Below, piece after piece: positions 1 to 12,392 of a stretch of 64,000 nt of DNA. The notes beneath the pieces were generated by a model. It saw nothing but the letters and a program-made list of their open reading frames with translations. It ran no database searches and was not told the origin of the DNA. Origin of the DNA: Lama guanicoe (taxonomy: Eukaryota). The DNA is taken from positions 2,481,104-2,545,103 of the forward strand of contig MU054098.1 of NCBI GenBank assembly GCA_013239625.1, written 5' to 3'. Every line of letters begins with the position of its first letter. Positions within the stretch are counted from its first letter, which is position 1. The position numbers were made by a program, and so were the translations under genes.

Positions 1-235
1 AACTGGATAGATGGTGTTGCCAAATAGAAAATGTGTGTGTTAGATTAAGATGGGAGTGATGATGAATTTGTGATTAGATCTGTTGATTTTGAGGTCTGTG
101 TAGAGAGATCACATACCAGCGGTGATGCTCAGTAGGTAGTTTGACACAAGCTCAGGAGAGGGAGGTAGAAGGAAATCAGATTTGCTATTCACTGCTGTAC
201 AAATCAGTCATGGAAACTGTGTGTGTGAATGAGGC
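1..235 (-). mobile_element. L2 LINE fragment (old, degraded)
   Basis: Purine-rich tract resembling the antisense L2 3' region (gatgaattt...ttttgaggtctgt...agctcaggagagg). Family assigned from memory of the consensus. Confidence 0.55.
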
Positions 236-848
236 TGATCTTTTGAAAATCACCCAGACCATGACTTGATCCATCCTATGTTGAAAGGGAACTCTCTAGG
301 TCTTCAGATAAAAAGAATTGGCTTTGCCTTCCTATGACCTCATTATCTAAACTTTTCAGTAGGGTGATAATTCCCATACAACATTTTTAGATGCTTAAGG
401 AAAATCAATCACTGATATGGACAAGGCAGAGGGTTGGCTCCTATTCTGAACCAGAATAGAGACAAGAGAGCTGAGCCAGAGACCCTGGGTGATTTCCGAT
501 TTCCAAAGCTAGCTCTCTGAGGTGTATGGGGCTGCCACCATGGACAGCAGCTCCATGGTATCTTTACTGCAGAATAGACTTCATCTCTTCCAAATGTCCC
601 ATGCCCCTGAGGCCTCATTGACTAGAGGCCTACAGCCAAGATTGGCAATAGCCTTTTCTCTTCTGAGGAAAACGAAGAAGAAAGAGGCAAGAGAAAGGGC
701 ACTGATGCTAAATTGCCTGGTGACGTTGAGTAATTTATCCTCTCTGTTGCTTGGGAAATAATGCTATCTAGCTGATCTACCTCACAAGAAAGCTTTGAGA
801 ATCAAATGAACTAAGGAATATGAAAAAGTCCTTTAAAATATATTATAA

Positions 849-901
849 AGGATCAGAAATTGATACATTGTAACTGAGTATACTTCAATAAAAAAATAAA
901 A
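849..901 (+). mobile_element. Extremely 5'-truncated L1 (about 50 bp of 3' end plus A tail) inserted in a MIR remnant
   Basis: cagaaattgatacattgtaactgagtatacttcaataaaaaa matches the L1 terminus also seen at 55273-55310. Flanked by an exact 15-bp repeat, taaaatatattataa (834-848 and 902-916), at a TT/AAAA site. Confidence 0.85.
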
Positions 902-2371
902 TAAAATATATTATAAGCAAAATATATTGTAATTTCAAGCACCAAGATCCTTGGACTCTACTTTCCAATTCATCATTGTTCCAATCAAAAATGATATTTT
1001 ACTTTACCTCCATTTAATTTCCTATGTACGAAAGAAGTGATCATAGAGCTTTGTTATTTTGGAGTGTTTGTGTGTTTGGGGTGGAGTGGGGAGTGTGCTG
1101 CTTGTAGACAGCCTAAATTTTTATAAATGGCTTTGGCATAAGTAAGCACTTAAAATGCTAAGTACATTTTTATATACTACCTGACATTATTCTTTTAATC
1201 TTTCATATATCTTCCTGCAGTATCTCTTTTGCTTCAAGGAATTCATTCAAGCATACACTACTAATCCCAAGCTCCTGTGAGGAAAGGGGAAAAAAATCAA
1301 TCTCCCTTTGCCTCTCTGCCTGCCCTTCAGGTAGAAGGGCTCCTTTATTTAAATTAATAAAATAAAATTAAGGCACCATTAGTTTTCTAGGACTGGTGCC
1401 TTCAGTTGCATAAAAAAAAAGCAGCACACATCACTCCCTGAGCTGTCCATAGTTTTCAAAAGCCAAAAATGATCATGAGGACATGTGCTTATAACAAGCA
1501 AAGACAGTGCTGCACAGGTGAGGAAGGAAGAAGACATGCCAATGAATAAGAGTTATTCAGCCCCTGACTGGATTACCTATAAAAGGTAAGCCTGGATAGA
1601 ACCAACAGACTTGCAATCTGAATGAAATAGAAAGAAAGGTGAATCAGGACACAGTGGAATTAATCTGTCATAATTTGGTTTGGTCCTGCCTACAGTCCAG
1701 AGTTCAAATGTGCCAGTCTAGAATCTCTAGGTTTCTTCAAGCCCCAGAGTCCCAAGATACAATGAAATGAAGTGGACTTAACCAGCCAACAAAAATAGCT
1801 CCCTGAGACCTTTTGTAAACTAGCCTAAGACATCTGTAAACAACTTCTAGGCAGAGAAAACATTTCTGGTAATGCCACCACCATTCTTCAGTCTCCTGGA
1901 CTAAAGGTCTGAGTCATTTTATCTTCTACCTTTCCTTTGCCCCACATCATGAAATCAAGTCACTAAGTCCTGTCATTTATCTTCTACATGTTGTTACTGC
2001 AGATCTTACTGCATCTTCCCCACTGCTATTACCCTAGTTACAGCCCTTATCATTTCCTGTGCAGACTACTGCAGTAGCCTCCTGGCTGGTTCAACTGCCT
2101 CCAGTCTCCCTGTCAATCCATCCTGCACACTGTCACCAGATTCATCCTCCCTTGATATTACCCTTTGCTCAGAACCTTGAGTGGTTCCCTGCTACGTAAA
2201 GGATAAAGCTCAAACTCCTTTCTCGTGCATGCTAAGTCTTCCATTATCTGGCCCTGACCACACTTCCAGTGTTATCTCCTTCCATAAACTCTTTACTCTA
2301 GAAAAACTGCTACTTGCAGTGTCACCCGCCACACCCTATGCTTCCCCTACATTTGCCTATACCATGTATTC

Positions 2372-2445
2372 AATCAATTAAATTTTTATAAATTTTTATA
2401 AAATTTTATAAATTTATAATTTTTATAAATTTAATCAATTAAATT
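2372..2445. repeat. A/T-only tandem array (aaatttttat-like unit) between 13-bp direct repeats
   Basis: aatcaattaaatt at 2372-2384 and 2433-2445. The 48 bp between them contain only A and T. Confidence 0.9.
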
Positions 2446-2644
2446 CCTCTATATTCTTGACTACCTCTCTAAATATTACCCATCCTTCAAGATCTAGCTC
2501 AAATTCTACCTCACTCAACAAATATATATTGCATGTCTCATACATGCCAGACATTCAAAGGCTTTAGCCTTTAAAAGCCTTCCTAGTCTTTGATGATCTC
2601 TCCCTCCTCTGAGTTCATAGAGTAGTGTCTAAATTTCACAACTG

Positions 2645-2799
2645 TAAATAAGAAAATAAAAATAAAATAATTTTAAGAATAAAAAAGCAAACTAATTATT
2701 ATATGTAAAATAGATAAACAATAAGGTCCCACTGTATAGCACAGGGAATTATATTTAATACCTTGTAATGGCCTATAATGAAAAAGAATATGAAAAGGA

Positions 2800-2835
<36 letters not shown>

Positions 2836-2924
2836 ATAACTGAATCACTATGCTGTACACCAGAAATTAACACATTGTAAATCGACTATACTTGAATTAA
2901 AAAATAAAAAGTTTAAAATGGAAA
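2645..2924 (+). mobile_element. 5'-truncated artiodactyl/camelid-type L1 3' UTR with internal (TA)n(TG)n
   Basis: ctgtatagcacagggaattatatttaataccttgtaat...tgaatcactatgctgtacaccagaaattaacac. TSD aatttcacaactg at 2632-2644 and 2928-2940. Confidence 0.9.
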
Positions 2925-5103
2925 CTGAATTTCACAACTGCCCTTCTAAATGATCCCCTTATGTTTATTAACCGTAGATTTCTGTCTAAACATGTTTGCT
3001 TCCCAAGTAGATTAAGCTCCTTGAGAGCAGGGACTTGTTTCTATATTACTTTCTATCAAACCTTCACTCCACACCCTGCAAATAACACATTGCCTTGCAT
3101 ATGATAGGAAGGCAATAAATATTTTTTCAATTATTTTTAACAGCATATTTACAGTCAGAAATCTTATTGCTCTGATAGAGAGTCACTGTCAAGCAGCATC
3201 GAAGCAGTCGAAATGAAGTAGGGCAAAAGTAAAATAAGTTGGTTATCTCAACCACCATACAATTGAATTCGAAGTCGAGAAGGAAATAACATTTTGCTGA
3301 TTAAATGGTATGGCCTGGAGATACAACGAAGCCTACATTACATTGGAGAAAGAGAAAGATGACTATAACATATAAAGGCAAATCAAACCCTAATATCATT
3401 GGAATAAACTGTTCCTGGTTTTAGTCAGGAGAACTAATTCAAAACTCTCAGTAACTTCCAGTTAGGAGTTCATTTGAGGCTTCCTTACAGATTGGGGATT
3501 AGTGTAAAGAAACAGGAAAGAGGTAGGCCGGGGCCAGAAGAACCCACTTCCGGACTTTTTCCTTTGCTCTCTTTTGCTCCCTCTCCCACTCTTTCCTCCC
3601 TACTGAGTTCCCAACCACCACTAGAGCCCTTTCATGCACACACATGTGTCCATACACACACACATGCAGGTTTTGAACATTAGAGTATGTGTATGTAGGT
3701 GTGCAAAAAGGAGAGAGGGAAAAAAAAAACATGTATTAGCTGCCTTGGTAAAGGTTATTCTTCCCTGGCCTCCCTGGAAGATTCAGATTAAGCTGGTGAG
3801 TGTGGGACCACAGTCCTAACCCCAAACCAAATGCCAGAGACTCTTGGGAGTTGGCTTCCTGACCCACTCTGCCTTACTCAGTTCCTCTTCTTTTGCTTCA
3901 GCTCTGATTTCAGGTCATACATCCATCTCAGATATGAAGACTAACATAATCCTCTGTTTTCCCCCCTCAATACTTCTCCTCTGACATGTCTTGGAATTCT
4001 CCCTTAGTCTCACCTTGTGCCTGACCTCCCAATGAAACAAGCCTGCTCTCATATTCAGGGACTAGCCCCAAGTATTTCCTTCGGGCTTAGAATCTGACAG
4101 AGTTGAGCACTGGTTTTCAATAGAAAATGAAGATACCTCCTTGTCAACTGTTTTCTCTGTTTTCCCACCTGCCCTGTAGCCTTCAGCACAGATTTGATCA
4201 AAATTGAACTTGGCCGTAGTAGCAGACATTGCTTGATACAGTCCAAGAAACCCTGTGGGTGCTTAATTAATGAACAGTCGTAGAGTAGCTTCAACAGCTT
4301 ACAAGCTGAATCGGACACAAATCAGGAACCCAGGAAGTTTTTCCTCACCAGGGGAAGGAAGTTTCTAAGGAGGAAACAGAACACGAAGGTCTGGGAAATG
4401 GTTAATTGCTGGAGAGTTCAAGGGAAACCAAGATTAAGTCATCAGCCATTTCTGTCTGAGTCCACAAAATAAGAAAACCAAGAAAAATGGGTTTTATCTT
4501 CCCCACTTCACGGGGGAACTACAGAGGCATGAGTTCAGAGAGAAAGCAAACTGTGGCTAACAAACACATTCTTTCTTGGGAAGCCTTTCAAAATAGGCTG
4601 TCAGTGATTCTCAACCTTTTTTAAAGAAATCCCTACACCATTCATACAAACAACATCCTCCAATCAGCAACACATCTCATTGCACAGAGTGATTTGTTGT
4701 GGGAACTTGCCCTAGGAAGTTCTGATATATTTATATGCTACCCCAGTGAAGAGCCACTGAGCTAATCCAGGGTGATCAATTCAACTAAAAACAAGAATCA
4801 CAAAGCACCAATGTCTTTGACACAGGGCCTCAGATAAGGTTCTTCATTTCAAAGGTAATAATATCCAAGTAATTTATTATGCTAAATATATTACACTGAT
4901 GGGAAAATCCTCAGCATACCAACATTGGAAAATGTTAGATCTTAAATACTTCAAAAGACATATTCCTAGTATTATTCACAACCTTATAAGAATAATGTCT
5001 CTTATTTCCTTTTGCTTCAAATTCTGAATAGCTATAGTATATGGCTCTGGGTTGACACCCCTCCCTATACAGCATCTAATTTCATCACTCTGAAGTAGTT
5101 TGG

Positions 5104-5323
5104 CAGGGGCTGTAAATTTCAACGTCTTCAGGGGCCAGGCAGACAACATAACTGTGGAATGGTTGGCTACAAGACAATTGGGAGTGGTGAGAACTGGGGT
5201 GATCAGGAAGGAGATGCTCAACCCAAAGGACTTAAATTCAAAACGTGTTAAAACCACACGCTGGCCAAACACAGATTTCTAAGTTTCGGAGTCAACTTTT
5301 GGACACCTCATTTTCTGCCCCTG
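5104..5323. mobile_element. hAT-Charlie-type non-autonomous DNA transposon (MER-like)
   Basis: Imperfect terminal inverted repeats caggggctgtaaa and ttttctgcccctg. The internal caggggccaggcag motif is typical of this class. Confidence 0.55.
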
Positions 5324-6339
5324 GTTAGGACTAGAAGGGAAGTGGGATGGGCTTGATGAGTCCTCAGGAACATTTGGTTATATTGTACTTCACATTGCAA
5401 ATCAACCAGAACTCCTTAAGGATCAGATTCTAATGATCAGATTCTAAATAAGTTTCAATAAAAATCAATTTTTTCATACCTTAATACCACTCACCAATTC
5501 TATCCTCCAGAACAAAATTTTTGCATGGTTCTCCTTCGACTGAAACATTTCCATGGCATTTCTTTCATTCACCATTAACATTTTCCCTAGCTAGTCTCTG
5601 GGAGAGCTACTCTGGCATCTCAGAGTATGGAGCTGATGCCCTAGCTTGGTCCTGTTCTGAGATCAACACAGGTGAAAACTCCAAGAAATACACTGTAGGC
5701 TGAGTTTCTGATGGTAGGGATGGACATGGAGTTGTTGAGTTAGCAGAAAATCACTGGCTTGGCTGTTGGGCTCTCTTTTCTCACCTTTTTAACCTTCCAT
5801 ACTTTAAACTGCAGCATGAGATATCTCAGAAGCTCCAGAGAGCTACCTTGTCCACTGCATGCATCCTCTGAACCATTGTCTTTAAATGGGTTTTACATCA
5901 CTAATTTGAACAGGTCTAGAAATGGAACCGCATCATGTGGTGGAGACTGTACCAAATGAAATAATAGTGTGTGACCCAAAGCTGTGCTGCCCATGGCAGC
6001 TACAGAGATACTTTAGATATAAAGTTTCTCAGGGGACAGAGACCATTCCAGGCATTGTGCATAGAATAGTACCAAACACATTTTAGTAATGCTAAATAAC
6101 CACCCAGAAAGGCAAAGGAGGTTTGCGAGATGGTGGAGCCCACGAGTGGTAATGAAAGGTGTGGTTGGTGAGCTGGGGCTCTCATTTCACCATGGTTGGA
6201 ATTCCTCACACAGCAGTGATGCTAGTAGAGATTCAGTACTGTTGCCATCAGAACCCGATGTGGGTTTTGAGCAGGGGATTGATAGGATGGAGAAAGTATG
6301 ATGAAGATTATTTTGGTAATCCTCCTCTTTGTGTTTGAG

Positions 6340-6570
6340 AGGCAGAATGTGTACTGGTTAAGCTCATAGACCCTGCAGTCAGACTCTGGGTTCTAATGCC
6401 AACTCTAAGGCTATCTGTGAGGCCTTGCGCAATTTGCTTAATTTCTCTGTTCCTAGTTACTTCATCTATAAAATGGGGATGATAATAATATCTACCCTAC
6501 AGTGTTGCTATGGGGATCCAACATGAAGCACATAGAATGTGTGATGAATGCTCAAATAGATAAGCTATTA
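6340..6570 (+). mobile_element. MIR SINE
   Basis: MIR core ttcatctataaaatggggatgataataatatctacc, with 5' tggttaagc and 3' tgctcaaatagataagctatta. Confidence 0.85.
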
Positions 6571-8912
6571 TGAATATGCTATTCTATTCTATTAAAGCTA
6601 TTAAGAGTAAGAATTGAAATCAGTGCTGAATATGTGAAGGTTTGAAGAGATCTTAAACAAGTTGTGTCTTCTCTCTAGATCTTAGTTGACTTATCTTAAA
6701 ATGAGGTGGTGGGACTGTATCATAGTTTTTTCAAGCATTTTTGGTAACACAACAACTTTTATTCAAGATCAGCTGATGTTTCTTTTTACCTTAAATCTTG
6801 GTATAAGGGAATGATATCCTATCTATGTCTCAGGTCCTCTGAAGAGAGTCTCCCAAGACTATGGAGTGATCCTTTCCACGCTGCCTTAACTCCATGAGAC
6901 CAGAAATGTGGAACCAAAGGCTTCTGCCCCTAGTTCATCTGCTCACACCAGCTGCTAGAGGACAGTAGAGATCACCCTTTAGCAGTGAAAGCAGCAAGCA
7001 TCTGAGGGCAATGTGTTATTTCATGAATATTTTCCTTTTGTTCCCTATCAAACCTAACAGTGGTCAATGGAATTACCTAGACCAGCTAGTAGGGAAAAAG
7101 ACTAAAATTACTGCATTGGCTTGCTTTCCATCCTGGCTTATTATTGTGCTGAATGGTAGGGTAAGATTGCTCTGAGAAATCCAGTCTAGGAGATCAGCTC
7201 CAAGCTGGAAGAGGAAATTCCAATATCGTTCCTTCTCCACTGAGTAGGAGCTCTGGAGAAGTCACTTCCCCTCTCTGAACCTGAAGGAAACAGTTTGTGA
7301 TCACAGCCCCTCCTGCTCTCACAAAGACACTGCCTGGGGCACAGAAAGAAGATAGGCCAGGGACTAGAGAAATGGCAGGCAGGAGTCACTGCCAAGTGAT
7401 TCATTTGTCCTCTAAGAGAATTTGCTTAAAAACCACTGGCTTAACCAATCACTAGCTCCCTGAATCCAACTCAATGGCTAAGCTGATTAGCCATTTGGGA
7501 TCTCAATGATGGACAAGTTAGTAATTGACTGGAAATGAGTGTTAATTGTAGCTGGAGAGAATTATATTTCTGGCAAGGTGGTTAGGCACACAGGAATGTG
7601 GAACTAATAAAAGCTGTGAAACTCTTAGCACATATTTCTGTTTTTGAAATAAGGTGACTACGTTTAGTAGTTCAGGGAAAAGGCTGAATTATATGAAACC
7701 TGAACTACCTGAAGGGAGGCTCATGTTTCTGTCTCTAGGAATAATAATAAAAGGAGAAGTGAAAAAATTCCTCTAATAGTGCTCTGTACATTTCTTGGGC
7801 TCCTTGAACCCAAATGAACTTATTTTACAAGTAAGGAAACGAGGCTTAGAGAGTGGAAGTCATTTGTCCAAGGTCATGTAACTAGTTAATAATTGGCTAT
7901 AAGTCTCTATTAAATCAGTCATTGATGGGAGGACCAAACTTACTTGGTTTGTTTGCCCTGATTTTGAGAAAACACCATTTCTCCCACTGTATTTTGTGCC
8001 TTCCAATTAGGATTTATTGCTTGTCAGCTAAAGCTGAAACTCTTCTGAGAGTTTGGGCAGAGCATTTAAAGGAGATCTAATGAAGCTTTGTGACTGAAAA
8101 CGAAAAGATTCAAAAACCACTATTCACAGATCTTCATCTGCTCTGATCAAGCCTTCAGATTGTTGAAGTTTGACCTTTGGTTTCACAGCTATCTACTAGA
8201 GGAAAAGAAAAGGCAGGAAAGAAGTTTTTTGAATAATTTACAAGGTATATGAGTAAATATGGTATTCAATTAAGAATACAATTACATGAAGAATAATCCA
8301 ACAATTGTCGTTGCCACTCTGGTTGGCTGTAAATGCTGTCTGTACTGCAACCCCACTTTAGAGATGCCTGCTAGACACTGGCAAGAGGAAGACAGTGCAG
8401 TTAATGGTAAAAATGGCCCCTCTCTAAAAACAGAGTTAGAGTGAACATATGCCTTCAACCCTCTCAGGAAAACGAGCCAAAATCAGCCAGTAAGATGTAG
8501 CTGCACAGGCTGCCTGGCAGAGAATTTTCAGACATCCATAAGCAGCAAAATGCATTGAACATACGGCGCTATGGCTGGAAAGGACCTTCTAGATCATGTA
8601 GTTCAACTCCTTTCATTTTATAACTGAAGAAATTGAGGCTCCAAGAAGGAAAGTGATTAAACCAGGGTCACACAGCTAGATCACTGGTTATAAATATTCC
8701 CTAAATCAAATTCATTGGTGCAAAGGCAAGTTTAATGAGATGTCAGAATTATAGACCAGGTTTTAAAATGTATTTCTCAAGAATTCTACAAAGTTTATAG
8801 AATAAGTAAACATGGAATTATGTAGGCCAGCAGTTCATAACTTTGGCTGGTCATCAGAATTACTTTGGGGAGGCTCTTTAAGTGAATCTACCACTTATTA
8901 AGTATTCTTATG

Positions 8913-9114
8913 CAGGTCCACTGTATACAGTTGTGCAGATTATGTACTGCACAGGAGTGCCCACTGGTGGGGGTGAATGGGGGCTCAACTTGACACAGTA
9001 CACAGACTTACCAAGCTATGGGACCCCGGCATGGGGCTGCGTCTGCTTGGAGGAAGGTGTACTTTTTTTTTCTAAAATGTATACAAAGGCTCAGTATGGA
9101 CTGGCATCAGCCCC
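8913..9114 (+). mobile_element. MER91A-like hAT-Tip100 DNA element
   Basis: caggtccactgtatacagttgtgcagattatgtactgcaca...ggggctgcgtctgc...gaggaagg...caaaggc...tatggactggcatcagccc follows the recalled MER91 consensus. Confidence 0.65.
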
Positions 9115-11564
9115 ATCTCCATGGCTCCCACCTCTTGCAGATATCACTGCTACTCCCTGCTGTACCACCACCCCATGCTCCAATATTCTTGAACCTTCTC
9201 CCAATCCTAAAATAGGCTCAATTCAGTGGTTGTCCCTTCTGTGTCTCTGGGCAGATAAAGTCCTTTCAATAGGTAGTACCCTTTCCCCTTCCTCCTCACT
9301 GCAAATATGTAGTTGCTTAATGCAATGGTTTTCAATAAATATTTGCATAAATATTTATAATTAAATGTGCTACTCTACTAATACATTGTATACATTATAA
9401 AACAAACACAAAAAAGAAATCTGAAAGTATGCAAAAGAGGTGAAATTAACCATACTTTAAAATAATTTATAAATATGCTCCAAAATCTTTTTGCTTTCAC
9501 TAAAAAAAGTAATAATAAAATACTGTTTTTAGAGAGAGTAATGTCATTTAATAAATTTCATGTGTTAAACCTAAGTTCAATTCTTCATTATATAGTAATC
9601 TGAAATTCCAATTCTAAATTCAGTAATTTCAATTCTTGGTATTAATGACTGTTATAAGCCCCAAAAAAGATACTTCACAAAGACTTTGGGCACATTTTTT
9701 GGCCCACTTCTTATCAGTTTGTTAATTAGATTGTTACTGTTTTGATTTGGTGATGTGGATGACAACAAGCTTATTCTAGGAGCAGAACCTTCTAGGAGCA
9801 GAATGGCATTAGTTCTGCCATTTTCTTATTGTTCTCTTGTGTGTACAGTATGTTTCTCCTCAATCCCTGGTTTATTTGCAGGAAAAAAATTTAAACTATT
9901 TGCTCTTTTTGTATTAGGTTATTTAAAACTAGGCAATATGATCTGTAATTCCACATAAGCAGACACACACAAACTCCAGTACGTTTCAGTAATGTGAAGA
10001 ATAAATGGAGTGAGGATGACATCATCAACCTCTTCTTGTTCTATAACTTCCATACTTCCCTTCATATCCTTCCCTAATTATTCATGGCCTGTGACTAGCT
10101 GTGTTCCTCCAATTCTCTTCAGAAATCTAGTCCTATGATCTCACAATCTGTCTCATAGTACCCACAGGAGAGGTCACAGTTGAGAAGAAGACATGGACCA
10201 GGGAGGGCTTCTCAGGAGAAGCTACATCTGAGCTGGGTCTTGAATAATGGGCAGAATATTCAAGGATATGGAGAGAGAAAGCAGCCCAGAAGGAGGCAAC
10301 AGTCAAAAGAGAACTGTCAAAAACAGTGGTGGTTGTGTTCACAGACTTTGGAGATAAGCAGGTTTCTGGGTTTTGATCCCTAGTTCTGGCCATGGTCCTC
10401 ACCCATCTCACATGTCACCACTGAATCTTTATGCCCACCTCTCTCATACCCACCCCTTGAATCTCTGGGGATGCCACCTGGGCATCTGTATTTTTCAAGC
10501 TAGGTTTGGGAATCACCAATGTGAATTATGGCCATGACCATCATTACATGGTATTTTTATCCACATCCTGTCACTCTCTATTGCAACATTGCATAGTGGC
10601 TCCCTGTTGCCTACTGAGTTAAATCTGGGCACCTTAGTCCATCCTCTAGCACCCTCACTCCACCCACCTCATCTTGCTGGGCTATGATACTTTCTTGCCC
10701 TCTTCAACCAAACTACATCTCCCATTATCATTATTTAACATGCTGTTCTCCCTTGATGATTCATCCCCCATTATTCTCTTCAAGGCCCAGCTCAAAACGC
10801 ACTGCCTCCAGAATATTCTCCATATTCTTCTCCCCTCTCCCCTGCTAACTCTGTAGTCTGATATCACGTCAAGCTTTTGTAATCTCTGTGTACCACAGTC
10901 AAACCTCACCTACTTTAGATCAATTAAACATTCCAATGAATGAAAGAAAAGATCAAGTTTGAAGAATGTGGAACTTGTAATACTTTTTAAGTGCATGTAT
11001 CCACCTAAACTGTTTACTCAGAGTGTTACCTACCAAACAGCAGCCAGGCCAGATCTGCTTTATTAAGATTTGCATAAAATTGTAACTAATACAACAATTA
11101 GATACATTATAAGTTAGATACATGTGAGCTAATTTGATATATGTGAGCTAATGGATTACTTAAAAACAGTTTTATTGACATTACCCATTCTCATATTTAG
11201 AGAGTACTCTGTCTATTGAAAGAGATACCTGGTGCCACGTCCCCTCGCCGGCACTCCCTTTCTCCAACCTCAGGGAAAGTGTGCACTTAAAGTACTCCCA
11301 ATTTTCCTCCAATTAGTGTTAGTGATACCAGGAAATTCATACACTCACACACCCTTTCTTCCACCCTCTTCCTGTATCTCCTCCCTAGGCCAGCTCTTGA
11401 TCTGCTATAACAGGGGAAAAAAACCTCCCCATCAGTCACTCCTACAGCTCTAGCTAGTCATTCCTCTAATAACTTTAAATAATGGCATCAGGGGATGATG
11501 CTATTGAAACACCAGCATCAGAACTGGTACCATTAACCTCCAAAGTTCTTTAAATGTAAGAGAA

Positions 11565-11790
11565 CAGCATTTATTAAGGACCTACTACGGATCAAGTACT
11601 GTGAAAAGGGCTAAACATGTGGAATTACATTTAATCATCACTATATCCCCCAAAACACAGGTACTGCTGTTACGATTTTATAGACGAGGAAATCGAAGCT
11701 CAAAGAATCTAAGTCATAGAAGCTAGAAAGAAACAGAAAGAAGCAGACTTATCTGCCCTCAAAGTCCTTCCCTACCACTCTGTTCCACAG
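11565..11790 (-). mobile_element. MIR SINE
   Basis: Antisense MIR: catttattaaggacctactac...attttatagacgaggaaatcgaagctc. Confidence 0.75.
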
Positions 11791-12392
11791 TCTGGGAAAT
11801 TCCTTCAGACTTTCCAAGTCTTCACCAATCTCCTCTTTGATCCTTGAACTAAATTTGTTTCTACTCCAGGACCACCTTTCAACATATATTAAACAAAATA
11901 TTATCTCCATTCATTGTCTCTTAAAGAGTAAAATGGTATTCCAGCCTACTGTATTTTTCATTACCAACAGCCACTATTTCAGACATATCCTGGGTTAAAT
12001 TGTCTTTTATGAACTGGCTTTAGAAGAAAGACAGCATATATGCCTTCTTTCTACAGGAAAATGCAAACCAAATTTCGAAAGCTGACTTAACTGTCAGCTC
12101 CCAGAATTTGAACTATTAAAGGATTTATACTCATTAGTGAGCTTCTTTGTAAAGCTGACCATTTCGTTTCTCCAGTTAGACTGTTTTCTCCTTCAGTATA
12201 CTACTGTTAATGTTGCCATCAGCTTATAGGTTTTCTTCACATTGCTTGGTATTTCTACCTGATTCCTACCCTAATTATGCTACTGCTACCTCACCCTTCA
12301 GCCCCATACCTCAATGGGTGAGGGGAGCCACCTCTATACTAAAAAAAGAAAAAAACTTTAGAACTCTCTTTTACATAAAAGTTTCCCTGGCA

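Larger units (their letters stand above)
1865..3130 (+). mobile_element. L2 LINE 3' region, interrupted by later insertions
   Basis: L2-like motifs gactactgcagtagcctcctggctgg, aatccatcctgcacactg and agattaagctccttgagagcagggac, with terminal caataaatattt. Confidence 0.7.

Noticed and set aside
4170..4260. Possible plus-strand exon after a pyrimidine tract (ctgtag)
   Set aside because: No good donor site follows, and the one open frame gives no recognisable peptide.
7473..7495. Short perfect hairpins (7473-7495, 15838-15864, 59378-59417)
   Set aside because: Stems of 8-10 bp are expected a few times by chance in 64 kb of AT-rich DNA and are too short for pre-miRNAs.
8882..9364. 160-aa ORF
   Set aside because: It runs through a MER91-like element, has a non-ATG start, resembles no protein family and has no splice context.
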